A stretch of 32,000 nucleotides of DNA. Origin: Bacillus subtilis subsp. subtilis str. 168 (GTDB taxonomy: Bacteria > Bacillota > Bacilli > Bacillales > Bacillaceae). The notes beneath the pieces were generated by a model. It had not been told where the DNA came from and did no database searches. It worked only from the letters and a program-made list of their open reading frames with translations. Every line of letters starts with the position of its first letter. The stretch's first letter is position 1. This document shows positions 30,337-32,000 of this stretch, piece after piece. The translations under genes and the position numbers were made by a program. The DNA lies in NCBI RefSeq assembly GCF_000009045.1, contig NC_000964.3, positions 2,190,001 to 2,222,000 on the forward strand. The letters are read 5' to 3'.

Positions 30337-30946
30337 AATGCTCTAAGTTAATTTTTAAGTCTAGCTTGTCCCCTAAATTCTTTAAGTCCTCATTAAATGG
30401 AGAAGAGATTCTCAGCCGAATTGATTCTAAATCTTTTATATCCTCTTCGTTATCAAAAACATATATGATGGATCCACTATCATTTACTTTTCCTACGTAC
30501 TCGTCGAGAAGCCTGTCACTTTCCAACAATGATGGCTCATCGATTTGTACCCCAGTGCTTGTTGCTAATTGTGCTAGACTTGGTCTGAAACGAACTACTT
30601 CATCAGATGTATTTTCTGATTCAATTTGAACATCAATAAAAGGTAGTTGTTCGTTGGCAACAGCGGCAATTACTTTTTTTACAGTAAATTGGATCGGGCC
30701 AGTTTTCACAGTGGTTTCTTTATTGCTGATGGCCATTACTTTAGCTGTACCACCATCAATTTCATAAACATCCCCAACTTTTTCAGGACCATTAACTGAG
30801 ATGTCTTGGCTTTCTGATGTGTTGGTATCAGTTGCATTGTTTGTGTCTTCTGATGATGAAGAAGACTCTTCACTATTTTTGCAAGCTGCGAGCAATATCA
30901 GTGAAGTGATTAATAGTAAAATCCCCAATTTTTTAAACAATTTCAT
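30335..30946 (-). CDS. yonS: Lipoprotein, 203 aa
   Basis: Signal peptide with lipobox LLAAC, then a Ser/Thr/Asp-rich linker and a beta-rich domain. Confidence 0.8.
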   Translation of the reverse strand: MKLFKKLGILLLITSLILLAACKNSEESSSSSEDTNNATDTNTSESQDISVNGPEKVGDVYEIDGGTAKVMAISNKETTVKTGPIQFTVKKVIAAVANEQLPFIDVQIESENTSDEVVRFRPSLAQLATSTGVQIDEPSLLESDRLLDEYVGKVNDSGSIIYVFDNEEDIKDLESIRLRISSPFNEDLKNLGDKLDLKINLEH

Positions 30947-31060
30947 TTCCCCTTTTTACTCCAGTTATTTTTTCTTTTCTTTCATTTAACTTAATGGTGT
31001 TAAACAGTTTGTTTTCTTTTTATTAAACAAATGTTTTACCAGAAGAATTAAGAATAGCTA

Positions 31061-31387
31061 CTAATGTTCTTCGAACTCTTTTTTTAAAAGATAATACAGT
31101 AACTCTTTAGCTTGCTCTTCCGAGATCATTCCATTATATCCAGCAATTAAAGTCTCTGGATCATTTAATATCTCATCGAGATCAAATTGTGCATGTGTGC
31201 CTTTTAGAAGAAAGTCAGTAGATACTCCTAATATATTGCTTAATTTAGTAAGGGTTTTTAAATCAGGTTCAGCCTTACCAATTTCATATTTCCCATATCC
31301 CTGTCTCGTAATTCCTAAGAAATCCGCCATCCGTTGCTGGCTATATCCTTTGGAGGTACGGCATTTTTTTAAACGTTCTCCAAACAT
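31061..31387 (-). CDS. yonR: XRE-family HTH transcriptional regulator, 108 aa
   Basis: Track ORF trimmed to ATG 31387 (MFGERLKK...) after GTGAGGAA. The HTH is YSQQRMADFLGITRQGYGKYE. Confidence 0.85.
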   Translation of the reverse strand: MFGERLKKCRTSKGYSQQRMADFLGITRQGYGKYEIGKAEPDLKTLTKLSNILGVSTDFLLKGTHAQFDLDEILNDPETLIAGYNGMISEEQAKELLYYLLKKEFEEH

Positions 31388-31411
31388 AGTAGGTTCCTCA
31401 CTTTGACAATT

Positions 31412-31440
31412 ATTATATAAGCAAATAGTTTCGTAAACAA
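31412..31440 (-). promoter_or_regulatory. SigmaA-type promoter of yonR, overlapped by a GTTTCGTAAAC site
   Basis: On the minus strand: TTGTTT, 17 nt, TATAAT. GTTTCGTAAAC lies at 31428-31438. Confidence 0.55.
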
Positions 31441-31473
31441 AAAGAAGCAAAAAGTTTCATAAAATATATCGGG

Positions 31474-31490
31474 AGAAACTAAAGGTTTCT
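31474..31490. promoter_or_regulatory. Palindrome AGAAAC-N5-GTTTCT (candidate YonR operator)
   Basis: Perfect 6-bp inverted repeat. Further GAAAC/GTTTC half-sites lie at 31454-58 and 31509-13. Confidence 0.45.
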
Positions 31491-32000
31491 TTAATTGTTA
31501 ACAGTGTAGAAACAAACTGTTTACAGAAGGAGATGTTGATTTGAAAAAGAGAACCTTAGTTAAAGACAAGTTGCTGACTACCTTTCAAGGCTGAGATGGT
31601 CAGTAAATACAAGGGTTATATATGAAGATATGATATAGTAATGTAAGTGGATAAGAATAAATTATGTCTTCGATTCCCTCGGATTCGTTATAAATACGAT
31701 TATTTTTAATGAATGGTTATTCATTTTTAAATTGAAAAACAATTTATTTTTTAAAAATTAATTCTTGTGTTTGACCTGGAATTATGATAGCATTGGTGCA
31801 GACCTGCCCAAGTCATTAAATGCACGTATAATGTTCCTTATACACGCATTACAATACCAATATATGGGGGTATATTTACATCTAATGGTAAAATTAAGGG
31901 AACAGATGTACCCATAGCACTTCCATTTCCACACCCTATCCAAATTTTCATTTTCCTAATTCCACCTCAAAATCACCCTTTTTCACATCGTAATCGCTAT

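Larger units (their letters stand above)
1..32000. mobile_element. Segment of an SPbeta-type temperate Bacillus prophage (early / lysogeny-management and accessory region, yoqZ to yonR)
   Basis: About 70 short, mostly minus-strand, translationally coupled ORFs with Bacillus SD sites. Contains AimR/AimP (GMPRGA), a YopX-family protein, a Rha/KilAC antirepressor, HNH, SRAP plus ligase, and the YonT toxin. Recognised from memory; no database search run. Confidence 0.85.

Noticed and set aside
31838-31951. A 37-codon minus-strand ORF near the right edge (MKIWIGCGNGSAMGTSVPLILPLDVNIPPYIGIVMRV) with GAGGTGG 10 nt upstream.
   Set aside because: The SD spacing is long, I recognise no family, and it lies close to the window edge. 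It might be real, but I cannot support it.

Overview
I recognise this window, from memory of the proteins and with no search run, as the early, lysogeny-management and accessory region of a Bacillus subtilis SPbeta-type prophage. It runs from yoqZ (left edge, truncated) to yonR. About 70 short, tightly packed ORFs are present, and almost all sit on the minus strand with Bacillus-type Shine-Dalgarno (SD) sites. Many track ORFs start too far upstream, so I re-set those starts by SD position. Gene symbols mostly follow SPbeta gene order, anchored on proteins I recognise directly: AimR, AimP (GMPRGA), the YopX family, YoqW (SRAP), LigB and YonT.

The main systems are:
- The arbitrium-type peptide communication module at 18.5-20.2 kb. 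It comprises aimR, an untracked 41-codon aimP, a terminator and an ATCACT-N25-AGTGAT operator.
- The six-gene yopM-yopR operon just downstream at 14.2-18.5 kb. It is an unusual repression system with two tyrosine-recombinase-fold proteins, a DGQHR/ParB-like protein and a small HTH protein, and no CI-like repressor.
- A dispersed 20-bp operator-like repeat (SPBRE) at six promoters.

Both the arbitrium module and the yopM-yopR repression system are described in the literature today.

Less characterised candidates include:
- An Xre + RES-domain pair (yopB-yopC).
- A protein carrying a HEPN RNxxxH motif (yopA).
- A block of small membrane proteins (yopD-yopJ).
- The yonT/yoyJ/SR6 type I toxin locus.
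- An HNH gene split by an in-frame TAG (yoqK/yoqL).
- A nested-hairpin intergenic element at 27.76-27.86 kb.
- A strongly G-over-C skewed non-coding stretch at 30.04-30.22 kb.

I saw no rRNA, tRNA or CRISPR array. All domain calls rest on motifs read by eye.
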